Source: Perkinsus olseni | Taxonomy: Eukaryota | Direction: 5' to 3' | Assembly (NCBI GenBank): GCA_013115125.1 | Contig: JABANN010000029.1 | Location: forward strand, 1-64,000 | Length of the DNA: 64,000 bases | Part shown: piece by piece, positions 12,434-23,969 of the stretch | How the letters are laid out: each line of letters starts with the position of its first letter | How positions within the stretch are numbered: the stretch's first letter is position 1 | Translations under genes and position numbers: made by a program | The notes under the pieces: model-generated | What the model saw: only the letters and a program-made list of their open reading frames with translations | The model's database searches: none | Told to the model about the DNA's origin: nothing

Positions 12434-13601
12434 ATGCCCACTTCGCCAAGCGCCAGTGTTGCCCCAGGAGGGGCAGCAGCAGCAGCCGACGATGATGATG
12501 ATGTGGACATGATGGACCAAGACGGAGCTGATGATAGTAACCATGATGAGCAGAATATGGAGGAAGCAGGCGACGAAGGCAACCAGGACCCAACGCCTGC
12601 TGCAGCCCCGCCGAAGAGGAAGGTCGGCTTGGGCTCAACTACTCAGTCAAGCCATGGTCACTGCTGCAGCCGTAGGTCAACCGTCGGCCGAAGCTTACAG
12701 CTGACAGGTTGTTGGACGATGAGCACGGCTTGAAGTGTATAATGCAGGATTTTGAGAAGTCCATCACCTTCACTGGGGATACTATCAGGGTAGTAGTCGT
12801 ACGCCTCTTCGTCACGCCAACCGGAGGCTCTGGTCTATGCTGCCGCTCCGAAGTCTTCATCGGAGGCCTTCACGAGCATGGGAGAGGGTCTATTTCTCTC
12901 AGGATCTCGATACTGTCATCCTGAACTACGGCGCCTGGGCCGGCCGATTGTACCCCTACGGCATGCCGCTGGCTGACTTCGCAAGGACGTGTGAGACGGA
13001 GCTGTATCCGGAGATAAAGCGAGTAAGCTTCTCTCATCTCCCTGCTGCTGCTGGCGGTCGAGTAGGGTTCTGTCTATCAGCGGCGAATCTACGACTTCCG
13101 GCTGGACTACGTTAGAAGGAAAGGGAGATTCGGACCTCTGGAGGGAGGAGAAGGAGGAGGATCGGCATCGAACAGCACCACTGACGCGGGGCCAAGCAAT
13201 GCTAACGAGGTAAGACCACTGCAGATCTCGGTATGTTGTAGTACGTTCTCGCTCCTAAAAGTCCAGCGCCAAATGCGTAGGTTGGTGAGGCCGTCGACGG
13301 CGGGGTCGGCGGTGGCGATGATGATGATGATGATGATGCCAGTGGCGGTGGTGGTGGTGGTGGTGTCGATAACAACTCTCCGCCTCAACCTGTGAAGCTG
13401 ACCCCGGAGGAGATGCGCCTTCGGATGGAGGCTAATCGCCTGAAGGCGTTGGAAAGACGCCGACTCAAAGAGCAACAGCAACAACAACAACAACAACAAC
13501 AGCACGAAGAGGAACAGGAGCATCCACAGCCAAGGGACGGGGAACAACAACAGGGAGGAGAGCATGAGCATCATCATCATCATCATCATAAGAGCGCATG
13601 A
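12434..13601 (+). CDS. TIPIN: TIPIN/Swi3/Csm3 replication fork protection protein (copy 1, intact)
   Basis: RRPKLTADRLLDDEHGL, DLDTVILNYGAWAGRLYP (Swi3 domain) and LTPEEMRLRMEANRLKALERR; polyQ/polyH tail. Confidence 0.85.
13472..13503 (+). repeat. CAA/CAG microsatellite encoding polyQ in the TIPIN C-terminus
   Basis: caacagcaacaacaacaacaacaacaacag lies in frame with EQQQQQQQQQQH. Confidence 0.85.
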
Positions 13602-13703
13602 CCAATGTTTGACAACAATCATAAACAATCACCATATATCCCTTTAGCCTACTAGTGTTGAGCAGGGGTTACCCGAGGTATCAGTGGACCTGTAGCACTG
13701 TTT

Positions 13704-15382
13704 ATGAGGACTTTCGTCGTATTACGACTCCTCCCCTTTTTTCTCCTCTCACCATCGTTGGCCCCGGGTTATGACGATGGCTCAGCCGATGATGATGACT
13801 CTGCTGTAGACAACCTGGCTAAGCTCTATTGTGGGCGGGATAACTGCTACAGCCTTTTAGAGGTCTCTAGAGAGGCTACCGTAATAACGAAGCCTTCGTG
13901 ACTAGACATGATAACGCCGTACAAGGTGCGAGAGATCAAGCATTCATATCGCAGACTTGCTCGGGTATATCACCCAGACAAGCAAGCTGCTAGTAAAGAT
14001 CCAGCGGAAAGGGAGGCAGCCCAGTCGATGTTCACTAGAATTGCCAAGGCGTAAGGGGGTTGCTCTTTTCCCTTGATGTCGCTTCTACCGTTCACTCTGC
14101 GCCCGCTTCCCTCAGTTATGAGGTGTTGTCCAACCCTAAGCTTAGAGAGGCCTATGATCTCTATATTGACTATCCAGAGTATGCAGCATACAACTACTAC
14201 AACGTGAGTTTCTAACCGCTACATTCTACCGGTCAAGCACACGTGTCTGCTCGCTCCCTCAGTACTATAATGCTGTGTACAAACCACAAACACCGGTATG
14301 GATGGTGGTCGCTGCGGTATTAACACTGCTCTCCGGGCTGCAGTATCTCAACGACTCTCTGCAGTACGAGAGGGTCTCTAAGGCGGTAAAATTGCACCCT
14401 GACGGCACAGACTCCGTTGTCGAAGTTGTACTATGCTAAAGGTTCGGAGACAGAGGCAATTCCAACAGCGTGTGAAGGAGAGGTTGGCTGAGGAAGCTGG
14501 TGGTACCAGGGCACTACGGAAGATGGCAGATGCTGATAGAGACAGGCTAGAGAGAGAGGTAGAGACCTCCGACGTAACGCGGAACATGTATCGGACACGT
14601 TATGCATTAGCAAGATAGAGAATACTGTATTCGAGGAGGAAGTACAACTGAACGGCAGTGGGTCGAAGCCAGCGGATATAAGAAGAGTACTTCAGGCGTC
14701 ATCGGTGATAGGAGCATCTCCTCCATCCTCTCAGACTGTCGGCTACCGTTTCCTCCGTTCCCCCCTATCCCTAGCTGAGTACATGGCCTGGAGTCTTCGC
14801 TGGACCTATCGTTTTAGGATCAATAGGGAGGAGTATGGCCCGGCAGAGCGGGAGTAGTACCGTTACTTGCCTCGTTCGTCTTACTCTCCGATCCTGGTGC
14901 TGCTGCTACTGTGGCTTAAGTAGATATCTTACTCGAAGGGCTCTGAAGATGTCGGAGGATGATTGGCGAATGGTCGATGATACCGAGAAGGAGCAGCTAC
15001 TGGAAAGGAAATTATACGAGGGAGACAATCTGGAAGAGTAGGTGGAGAAGGGCACCATGTGATCGTCGCCTGGCCTGTTTGTCTCGGCCGTAGACACAAC
15101 TAGCGTTCCCCAGAGAGACTGCGATCATGCAGGCCGCGGTCTGAGTCTCGTGTCTCCTATATCCAGTGGCCACTTCCGTGTTGGGGTCTCCTGAGTGTTA
15201 AGGGGCTGATGATGAATGGCACGCTTAGTAGTCCCCTGTATCACAACATGCTCTCTTTTACCAGATACCTGAGGGAGCGGGAACGAGAAGAGCGAGCACG
15301 GTTGGAGAGGAGTGGGGCGTATCGGCGATATCAGCGCATTAAACGTACTGGCCCTGCCTCCTACAACTACAATGAGGATTGA
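13704..15382 (+). CDS. DNAJC25: DnaJ (Hsp40) protein, DNAJC25-like, ER membrane
   Basis: Signal peptide; LYCGRDNCYSLLEV; IKHSYRRLARVYHPDK; IAKAYEVLSNPKLREAYD; TM segment; SGAYRRYQR near the C-terminus. Confidence 0.85.
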
Positions 15383-15502
15383 CGATCATTGTTATTGTAC
15401 GACCTTGACGGTGTGCTTGCCTTCTCGACACTGTGCCTAAGGCACAGTACCTTAGTGTTGAGCTGCTTAATCTGAGTTAACTTGGCATCCTCACTCACTA
15501 TC

Positions 15503-16265
15503 TACACCATTTCCCGGTCTATTCCAAGAATTGTCACTTCCGTTTCACAGATTCCCATCTCAATTTCAGGTGATCGATATTTTTCCACTTCCGTTTCACA
15601 GATTTCCATCTCAATTTCAGGTGATCGATATTTTTCCACTTCGGTTTCATAGATTTCCATTTCAATTTGATTCATTTCCAAGTCAATTTCTGAGCAAGCT
15701 TCGTGCACGCTCTCGCGCGCTCAGGAGCACACAACGGAGAATCTTCGCGCATCGGATTCTCGAAGATTCTCAGTTGTGTTCTCCTGAACATTCTTCAGCC
15801 CGCATTGCACCAGCATAGTATTGCATCGAGCTATTCTATCTCAACAATTGTCTTTTTCGGTTTCATCATAAAACTTCCATGGTGGCCAGTAATCCAGGGA
15901 CTCCGCCGCGTGCCAGAGGCCCATGCAAGAAAAGAGCCACGAAGTCGGCAATTCGTCGCGTCGTAGAGAGTTATGATGACGGTGCACGCGATGATGGGCG
16001 CGCAAGAGCGTGCACGAAGCTTGTTCAGAAATTGACTTGGAAATGAATAAAATTGGAACGAAAATCTATGAAACGGAAGTGGAAAAATATCGATCCCTGA
16101 AATTGAAATGGAAATCTGTGAAACAGAAGTGGAAAAATATCGATCACCTGAAATTGAAATGGAAATCTGTGAAACGGAAGTGGAAAAATATCGATCACCT
16201 GAAATTGAAATGGAAATTTGTGAAACGGAAGTGACAATTCTTGGAATAGATCGGGAAATGGTGTA
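15503..16265. mobile_element. Non-autonomous TIR DNA element (foldback-like MITE) with TA at both ends
   Basis: TA|CACCATTTCCCG...CGGGAAATGGTG|TA. Left arm ~15505-15720 is an imperfect inverted repeat of right arm ~15998-16263. Both arms carry tandem 51-bp units (cacttccgtttcacagatttccatctcaatttcaggtgatcgatatttttc). No transposase-length ORF. Confidence 0.85.
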
Positions 16266-16323
16266 AAACTCGGCTGGTATCAGTACCTGGGTTCGCAGGG
16301 CGTTGCCTGTCGCCATAATACAG

Positions 16324-18029
16324 ATGGAACTATACAACTGCAGAGTCACTCCGTGGGGCTCTGTCACAGTGGATTTAGAACTGTGCGAAGGTGCCCCCGT
16401 TCCTACTGATGAAGAAGGGTTCGACGCGACGAGAATCAACATCGCAGCGTAGGAAGGCAGATAATTAACCCATCGTAAGGCGATGGCGTACGGAGAGCCA
16501 TACTCACTGCTTCACTGCTCCACAACAGGTCACGTCACGTTCCAAATGCTGTTCCTCATGCTGCTGCCATCTCTTTATTCGACTGCGCTTTTGTTGTTCT
16601 AACTACATGGACTATCGCTTCCCACACACTCTGCCATCGTACGCTCCGCCTAGGGCACTGGAAGACAGCACTTGCCTGTTTGCAGTCATTTCTCCTCCTC
16701 CTTGTCGGCATGCCCATCAGTGGTCATACCTTCCGCGTTGCTGACAGCATACCCGTAGGCGGCTTTGTGCATGTATCAATCCTAGCTGAACCCTTCATAA
16801 TTTTCCACGTACGAGAAGGTGAATACTATGCTATACAGGTAGCCTGAGGGTTAGCCAGATTACCTCCTCGGTGCAGCGGTGCTTGCCATCCTCAGACGCC
16901 CTGCGCGGCGTGCTTCTCTCCTTCAACCTTTGCCGAGCGTCCTGTTGACCTGGAGGCTCTCACGGTTTGGTGTGAGAAGGGTGGTCATGTTGTGAACCTG
17001 ACAGACGGTACAGCGGTCGAAGGCGGGCTGGGGCAGATCTCGGCCAAGGTGTGGGGCGTCGAGGGGGATGGGGTATATGTGGAGGTGCCAGAGGTGAGCA
17101 GCTACACGGCGCCCGTCGACCCGTGACATGCGTCCTCATTCGCAGGCCTTGTCCGATTGGGCTGAATGGACCCTTGTGGATCGGAGTAATGTCGCCAAAG
17201 ATGTCGATTCCTTCGTCTTTGATGTGCCCAAGGGTATCCGCCGTGAAGACTTGCTCTATGGGGAAGGCATCGTAAGGCCGCTTCCCGGCGGAGTTGGGAT
17301 ATGTGATGGTGCAGGGGGGTACTGTAGGTTCATGTATCGAGCAAGATCGTCGTGGATGATGGTGCTTCATCGTGCGTACGAGATTATACTCCTACCCGAA
17401 TTCTTCCGGATCACAGAGTTGAGATTATCGTCAAGAACTACCCAGTGCACGGCATCATGTCCAAGTACTATCACAGCTTGAAGGTTGGAGACAAGCTGGC
17501 CCAGAAGGTGAACCCGAAAGTAGCCTTCGATCTGTCAAAGCTGACAGCACGAGGATTGCGGAGGCTCGTGATGGTTGGGGCCGGCACCGGCATCACACCA
17601 ATGTACCAGGTGGGGTATCTCTTCGTAACAGGGAAGAGGGGTCGCAGTCCGGTCTACAGGTGATCTCCTCCAAAGCCGTTCAGAAGCTCGACAAGGTGCT
17701 CGTGATGGGCTTCTTCCGAGAGGAGGAGGATGCAATCAAGTTCCCTGGCTCCAATGTTCCGGACAACGTCACGATGGAGAAGTGTATCACCCGACCGACT
17801 GGATGTGCTGCTGCGTTAAGGGAATGCCTTGATAGTAGGTTCACGGCAGTCTTACCACTGCTCGTCATCTCCTGTTTCAGATGAGTCTCTTCCGAGAGGT
17901 GACGGTTCTAAGTCTATGCATATTGTTTGGTGTGGGCCGGGAGGCTTCAATACCACTTTGGATGGTGAACTCGAGAGTCGCAACTTTCACGGTTTTGATG
18001 AGGACTGCCTCGTTGAACTCCCCAATTGA
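16324..18029 (+). CDS. NADH-cytochrome b5 reductase-like FAD/NAD(P) oxidoreductase with an N-terminal degenerate Rieske-like region; start uncertain
   Basis: CVRDYTP, VEIIVKNYPVHGIMSKYY, LVMVGAGTGITPMYQV and VWCGPGGFN (FNR family); upstream FIIFHVREGEYYAIQRC...DLEALTVWCEKGGHVVNLTDG. Confidence 0.8.
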
Positions 18030-18587
18030 CTCTTATTCTTATGCAAGGCTGTTATGGCCCTTCTACTGACAAGACGTTTTTCGTTCTGCTTCCCCTCTGT
18101 GCCGTGCAGTGGACGAGGCTCCCACTAGGCCAATAATGATACTACTCAGTTCCCTACTCATCTCACACAGCAGTTGTCCTCGTTATACTCTGTGGTTAAT
18201 GCCGTCGAGGTATTATGCCCCCGCGTATGGTTCGATACTGAAAGAATTCTCTCTTGCGTTATTCAAAGTAGTCAATGTATTTCCAATTGCACGGGGACCC
18301 ACATCTGGAACAAGTTAGCATGAAGCTGGTCCTCGCTACAGAACCAGACTGCTTCAACCAGTGCAGCGGCTGCTGTAGTCATCCTCTATCTCCTCGGATA
18401 TTCTCAACACACTTAGCACTCCTTCCCCTCAGTCTTGCTACCTCGTGCCATTACACGGTATCCGCTTTCTCGTAGGGCTGCAGCAAAGTCTTCGGAAGGT
18501 GTGTTGTTACCGTATTGCGGCCCGCAATTTGCGGGCTCTCCCCTATCACCCCGCCAGAGTTGCGCTATTCATCTGCCCACCAATACC

Positions 18588-19243
18588 ATGTGAGTGTTAA
18601 CGACTACTAATGACCACCTCCCCATCTACCAGGGAGAGGCTCCAGGACTGGATCAGGCTGAAGATACCGCCCCTGCTGTCGTGACGTTCAAGAAAAGGGT
18701 AGCGCCATTCACATCCCTTCGCTCTACTTCCACTCATGGCTCAGACCAACCGCCGGCCAAAGCTCACCGCTGACCGGCTCATAGATGACGAACACGGCTT
18801 GAAACGCTTGATGCAGGATTTCGAAGAGTCTATCAACTTAACCGGGGATACCATCAAGGTGAGTAGGCTTCAGTTTCTCTTCAGATTGGCGGTGTTGTGC
18901 ATTGGTTCGTTTCCGTATGATGACATGTTGTCTATTCAGGATCTCGATGCTGTTATTTCTAGCTATGGCGTCTGGGCCAGCCGATTGTACCCCTACGGCA
19001 TGCCGCTGGCTGATTTCGCAAGGACGTGTGAGACGTAGCTGTATCCGGAGATGAAACGGGCAAGTTCCTCCTCGGCCATTCAAACCCTGTGCTCCCCGTG
19101 GAGAGACTGTGTCTCAGCGGAAGATATACGAACGGCTTGAGTACGTGCGACGAAGGGGAAGGCTCACTCCTGTCGGGGACAAGGAAGAGAAGGAAGAGTC
19201 AGCGCCCAGCAGCTTTGAGTCAGCGGAAGGCATCATCCCCTAG
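18588..19243 (+). pseudogene. TIPIN: Second TIPIN/Swi3 copy with an in-frame premature TAG; probable pseudogene (or sequencing error)
   Basis: TNRRPKLTADRLIDDEHGLKRLMQDFEE and DLDAVISSYGVWASRLYPYGMPLADFARTCET*LYPEMKR. GAG in copy 1 is TAG here (19036-19038); intron positions match copy 1; C-terminal helix absent. Confidence 0.75.
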
Positions 19244-19809
19244 TCGAGCATCCCAAGGAATAACAGGAGCGAATGCGTGGACAAGGCAGCTGTATGCGAA
19301 CCTATCAATCTATAAATTGCGCAGGCCTCGAGCAATACTATTACGATGACAATTGACACACCTTTTGACGGTATGTGGATGCTGCGCGTCGATTAAATAT
19401 CTCCCGCGGTTTGTATATGGTTTTCGGATGAACTGTTCCTGCACGCCCTTCATAATAATATGAATATAGATTTTCAATTTTGTATTATCGACTACTCTTG
19501 ACTGCGCTGTTCAGTTAGTATGATAGGGGGACGGCTGACCGACTATGATGGCTCCGTTCCTCGTAGTCAACTACAGTAGTGATCGGTTTGCGGATCTGAG
19601 ACTTTCCGAAACTTCATCAGCACTGTCAACAACACGAATCTTGTCACTTCTGAAACGTGAACGGAAACGCATTATTTGAATTGGAGAGGCTTTTCTTGAT
19701 CGTGCACACGTGACATGGACATGCGCCGCAACCGCTTAGATGAACGAAGAGGGCTCTGACCATCGGTGGTGATGACCTGAGTAGATATAAATACCGTCCG
19801 TGGTGGAAG

Positions 19810-22620
19810 TCAAGGGGCACTGCTGACATCCTCGCCTTCGACGATACTCGGCTCGTCGTCTTCAATGACTCTATCCTTGTGAAGCCCTTCACATCCCCCT
19901 TCATGTGTGAGCACATCATACAAAGCATCGCGCTTCAGGTGAATGGAGGGGAGGCCAGACCATACCCTCCTCTTCACGAAGATAACTCTACTCAAGCCGA
20001 GATACTGCAAAAACAGAATTGCTTCGATGTATCAATCGACTACGATGACCTACCTTTTCACAATGCCTTCTAAAGCACCGTATCGAGCCAAGTAAGGACC
20101 CTGTAACCGGGCAGATGTGGCTGTCTCCCAGGACTTGGACGCCCACCCGCCGTCCTTGATGGGATACTACAGCATCGAAGCTGAAGGATAGTGATATAAC
20201 CGTATAATGAGAATCACCATACCTACCAGTAGGGGCCTTCCTTCACCAGAGTTGCGTAGCCACCATCGCAACCAAGGGCCTCCAACGCTACTGCTAGATC
20301 GAGGTGATACTGCCTTAGAGGACGGTGGTCCTGATGAAGGAAAGACTCTCGAGTCCATGGAAGAGGCCAGCCGTACGGTTATGTCATTATTCGAGAATCT
20401 GTTCATGAGTAGCCGTTGTGTCTCTGTAGCATGGTCAACGAACTCAGGATGCTCGAGTATCAAACCGAACTGATCGAGCAAGGCAGATGAAGGCTCATGA
20501 TCCTCGGAGGGATCATGCTCACCATAACACGGGACATCTGTGTAAGATGTGGTTTAGCTATATGCTGCTCGTCCCCTATGTTGCCGCTTCGGTAAAACTC
20601 AGCCATCAAGGCCACGAAAAGCTCCTGGTGGTAGTGGTCACTGAGCGGTAGAGCTTATACCCCCTATATAGCAGCAAAGGTCAACTACCTGGTAATAAAG
20701 CCATTGAGAATGTTGCATATCTGTCTTACAGAGAATGCTCTCCTCACTTGTATTGCTCTCTTAGCTATCTGTAAGCATCACGCCTAGATTGATTCTCCCC
20801 ACCCCGCTTACCCTGTCGGCAAGTTCATCATCCCAGACCCCAACTTTCGCCATGCTATTGATCATCGCTGCTAAATGCTGTGGGGAATGGTACTTAATTT
20901 TCTGCCGGAACTTCCGTATAAGGCACCCCTTCCAGGCCTGAACCATGTCAACGTCCTACGGTGTGGTAAGTGCAGCCACCCTCACCCTCTTATCCCGGAT
21001 GCCCAGTGTTGCTAAGGAGAACGCTAGAGTGATGACGGTGAGAGGCTGCAAACGATGAGTCTCCGGCATGTTGGCGAGGCGATCGCAGAGCGACCTCAGG
21101 AAGGGCAAGTTGCGTATGTTCACGCGGGAGTACTGCAACAACAACAACCAAAGAAGGGTGTAACCCTCGACACCCAACTCGGAAGTTCCCTTACAGCATA
21201 GGCTAGCATGGCTGTCTGACGATCTGTGATTGTAGCCCAAATCTCGGGGGAAGCTACAGTCCGTCCTAAGGCACGATCATCACAGTTAATGCCGAGTGGG
21301 TGGGCAGAGGCCTCACCGATGGTCCTGAACATTGCCACATCCGCATGCTTCAGCCGCCCAAGGGCAGTTGCTAGAAGTGTCAGCGTCTTCGCATCGAGAC
21401 TTGTGATTTCCCGCCGAACCTAGGAGGCCGACCCACCTGCAGCTGCATGGGCTATGAAGGGGCTTTACCCGATTGGACATCCGGTGTATGGCTCTGGTCG
21501 GTAGGAGGCCAATCTTAGAGAACTCATGCAAGACCACACACATCTGCTTCGGAGGTATCTTGCCGTTGCTGAGTTTCTCATTATAATGGAAGGCTATATA
21601 ACGATACGCTTTGGACCATGCGTGATGGGCCTGACGAACAGCTGCTGCTGCTGATAGGCAGACCTCATTACTATGCAAACCCACTAACCTGATTGCGTGG
21701 GTCCCTTGGTATAAGTTTCCTCTGCCGCATGAAGTAGAGCAACCAGGCCATATCGGTGCCATTCCACAGGCCAGGGTGGTGCACCATAACTCTAATAAGG
21801 CTGAGGAAGGCAGATAGCCGCAGCGGTTATCCCCGGCGGTGATACCGCCGATTGATACTACTAGTGAGCCTTATCCTCAGGTACTTGAGGGCATTTACTC
21901 TTTGCCGCTGAGTACAGTATCAAGCAGAGCTGGGAGTGGCTGAATTCACAATGAGGGTTTCCCTTGGTAAAGGAGCTTTCCTGATCGCCGAGATTGTTCA
22001 TTTGACGAGAGCCCCAGCAACAGCCCTCTCACAACGTAGGTGACGACCTTCCTCACTAGAGGCGTCCATAATGCAGGCGAACTTATCTTCAACTTGCCAG
22101 CTGCTAGCGCCACTGCCGTGAGCTGTGATGGGTTATAGTCCGGTATACCCTTAAGGACCCCCTTACGTAACTCTAGATACCTGCAGACACCTCCACAGCA
22201 TCATCCATGGACGGCGGCGATCACCTCTTGTCCACCCTCAGATCTCTATCCTTGAATGCTGTCCCTGACAGCTCTTGTAAATGGAATATCTTCAGCGTCG
22301 CTTTGGTGTTGTCGTCATACTGACTGACCTACCGCAGCAGCGACTTCGAGTCTGCTTTCACCCCATACCACCCTTGATACCTCCTTCAAGGTGCTCCGGA
22401 CGATCCTCTCATTCTCCCTACCAAACCTTGCGAACATCTTCCGTATCTCCTCCTTGCATCGCAGTGCATCCACGTCTATTTGCCGGTCCGCTACCGTGTC
22501 GGGTAAAGTCTCTATCAAGGCTACTGGAGGGGGGCTACTGCTGAATAGACGATACCCACAACGGATGAAGACCGCGGCGGCGGCAGGCAGGGGACACCGA
22601 GGTGTGCATATAGAGATCAT
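19810..22620 (-). CDS. RAP-domain helical-repeat (HPR/FASTK-like) protein, probably mitochondrial
   Basis: Presequence-like MISICTPRCPLPAAAAVFIRCGYRLFSS; repeats PSQLTAVALAAGKL, PKQMCVVLHEFSKIG, PLTVITLAFSLATLGIRD and PQHLAAMINSMAKVGVWD; C-terminal RVIFVKRRVWSGL is RAP-like. Confidence 0.75.
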
Positions 22621-22923
22621 CACTAAATCGACTACAATACGTAATCTTCTGAAAGACAGCCTTAAAGTAGCAGTTGGGGCGGTGCCTCTCCCCCCAGCGA
22701 GTAGTGAACTCCATAACGAAACACCAGCGTGAGTAACATACAATAGACACTCAGAAGGGTCCCTCCCCTGTATAGCACGGTTGCTGCTATTGACGTGAGC
22801 ATGCAGCACACCTCTCACAGCAGTGGGTGGCATCTACTACCGTACTCCCAACTAAACACTGATTATAGCTTACTACACCATGAGGCAACTACATGGTAAT
22901 TTTACATGATAGACAAAAGCTAA

Positions 22924-23867
22924 CTACGGTGGTCCGACACTTTCCCCGCTGATAGCTGAGTTAGCAATACTTGGACTTTCCTGAACAGCAGCCCTTGGCC
23001 TCTGGGAGGGCACCACATCGCCTTTGATTACCAAGTACAGCCTGTTGTATACATCCGTAATCTTATCAGTAAGCAAGGATGGTTGGAAGCGGCCCCCTCC
23101 ACCAGCTGGAATGGAGCACTCTCGCAGTAGTGTATCGAATTCCTCGCCTGAAGTCCCGTGATCCGACCACAGAGGCCCCAAAGCCTTGCCTACTAGTGAA
23201 CTCATCTCCCATCGTTGCTAGCCAGAACTTCAGCATGTCCACACTACTGGTGTCGGCCGTGGCAGCCGAGCGATGATGACCGCCCCTAGCAGATCCCGGG
23301 CGAGGAGAGGCAGCTGCGCTCAAGGTCCTACTACTACTACTACCGCTGGTACCTGCACTCGCTCTGAGGGTCTGAATCGCCTGAGCAATAAGCCAAGTCC
23401 AGCAACAACAACAACATCGAGGTCCCCATCACCTGGTTAAGCTCGGTTATACCAGCCTCGGTGCTGAACCTAGATGGCCTAGCAGAGGCAAGGTTGAGGA
23501 CGGTGTAGAAATCAACGCCTTGGTCCACTGGGAACTAAGGCTTAGATCTATACTCTGGGCGAGAGATGTGCTGCTCAATACCTTCTCTCCGTAGCACATA
23601 CGATCGACCTCTCTCTCAGCGTAGTCCAGGGCGAGACTCCTTATCACGCTACGAAGCTCATCAGGAGTCAATTTACCGTCACCATCCGCGTCCCATACTT
23701 CGAAGCATTCCCGAATCTAGGTCGAGAGGGAGGTTACTACAACCGGCCTCCAACCCTTTTACCTTAGCAGGCGATATCCCTCCTCTCACAGACGCTCTAG
23801 ACTCCTGCGAGCCCTGCCCTGCCGATCCCTCTGGGGTAGTCACCTTCACCTGCCGCGATTTGGACAT
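22924..23867 (-). CDS. Calmodulin-like EF-hand protein (DRC8/EFCAB2-like); 3' end approximate
   Basis: IRECFEVWDADGDGKLTPDELRSVIRSL EF-hand; later VDMLKFWLATMGDEFT and EEFDTLLRE. Confidence 0.7.
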
Positions 23868-23969
23868 GATGAAGGTCTGTCCAACGCTCGGACGGTTCAT
23901 CAACTCATCCCAGGGAGAACGCAACGGAGGTGGTATCAGAAACGAATGCTGAAAGGCCTCCCGAGGCTA

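Noticed and set aside
15790-15997. Transposase remnant in the MITE core
   Set aside because: Short open segments with no recognisable DDE or HTH motif; needs a tBLASTx search
15502-16442. Repetitive ORFs (EIEMEICETEVEKYRSP, FPLPFHRF) as proteins, or the 51-bp units as a CRISPR array
   Set aside because: These are translations of TIR tandem units; there are no unique spacers and no cas genes
19036-19038. In-frame TAG aligned to Glu as evidence of stop-codon reassignment
   Set aside because: Single case in a degraded duplicate; TAG ends several other genes normally (e.g. EAF6, the hydroxylase)
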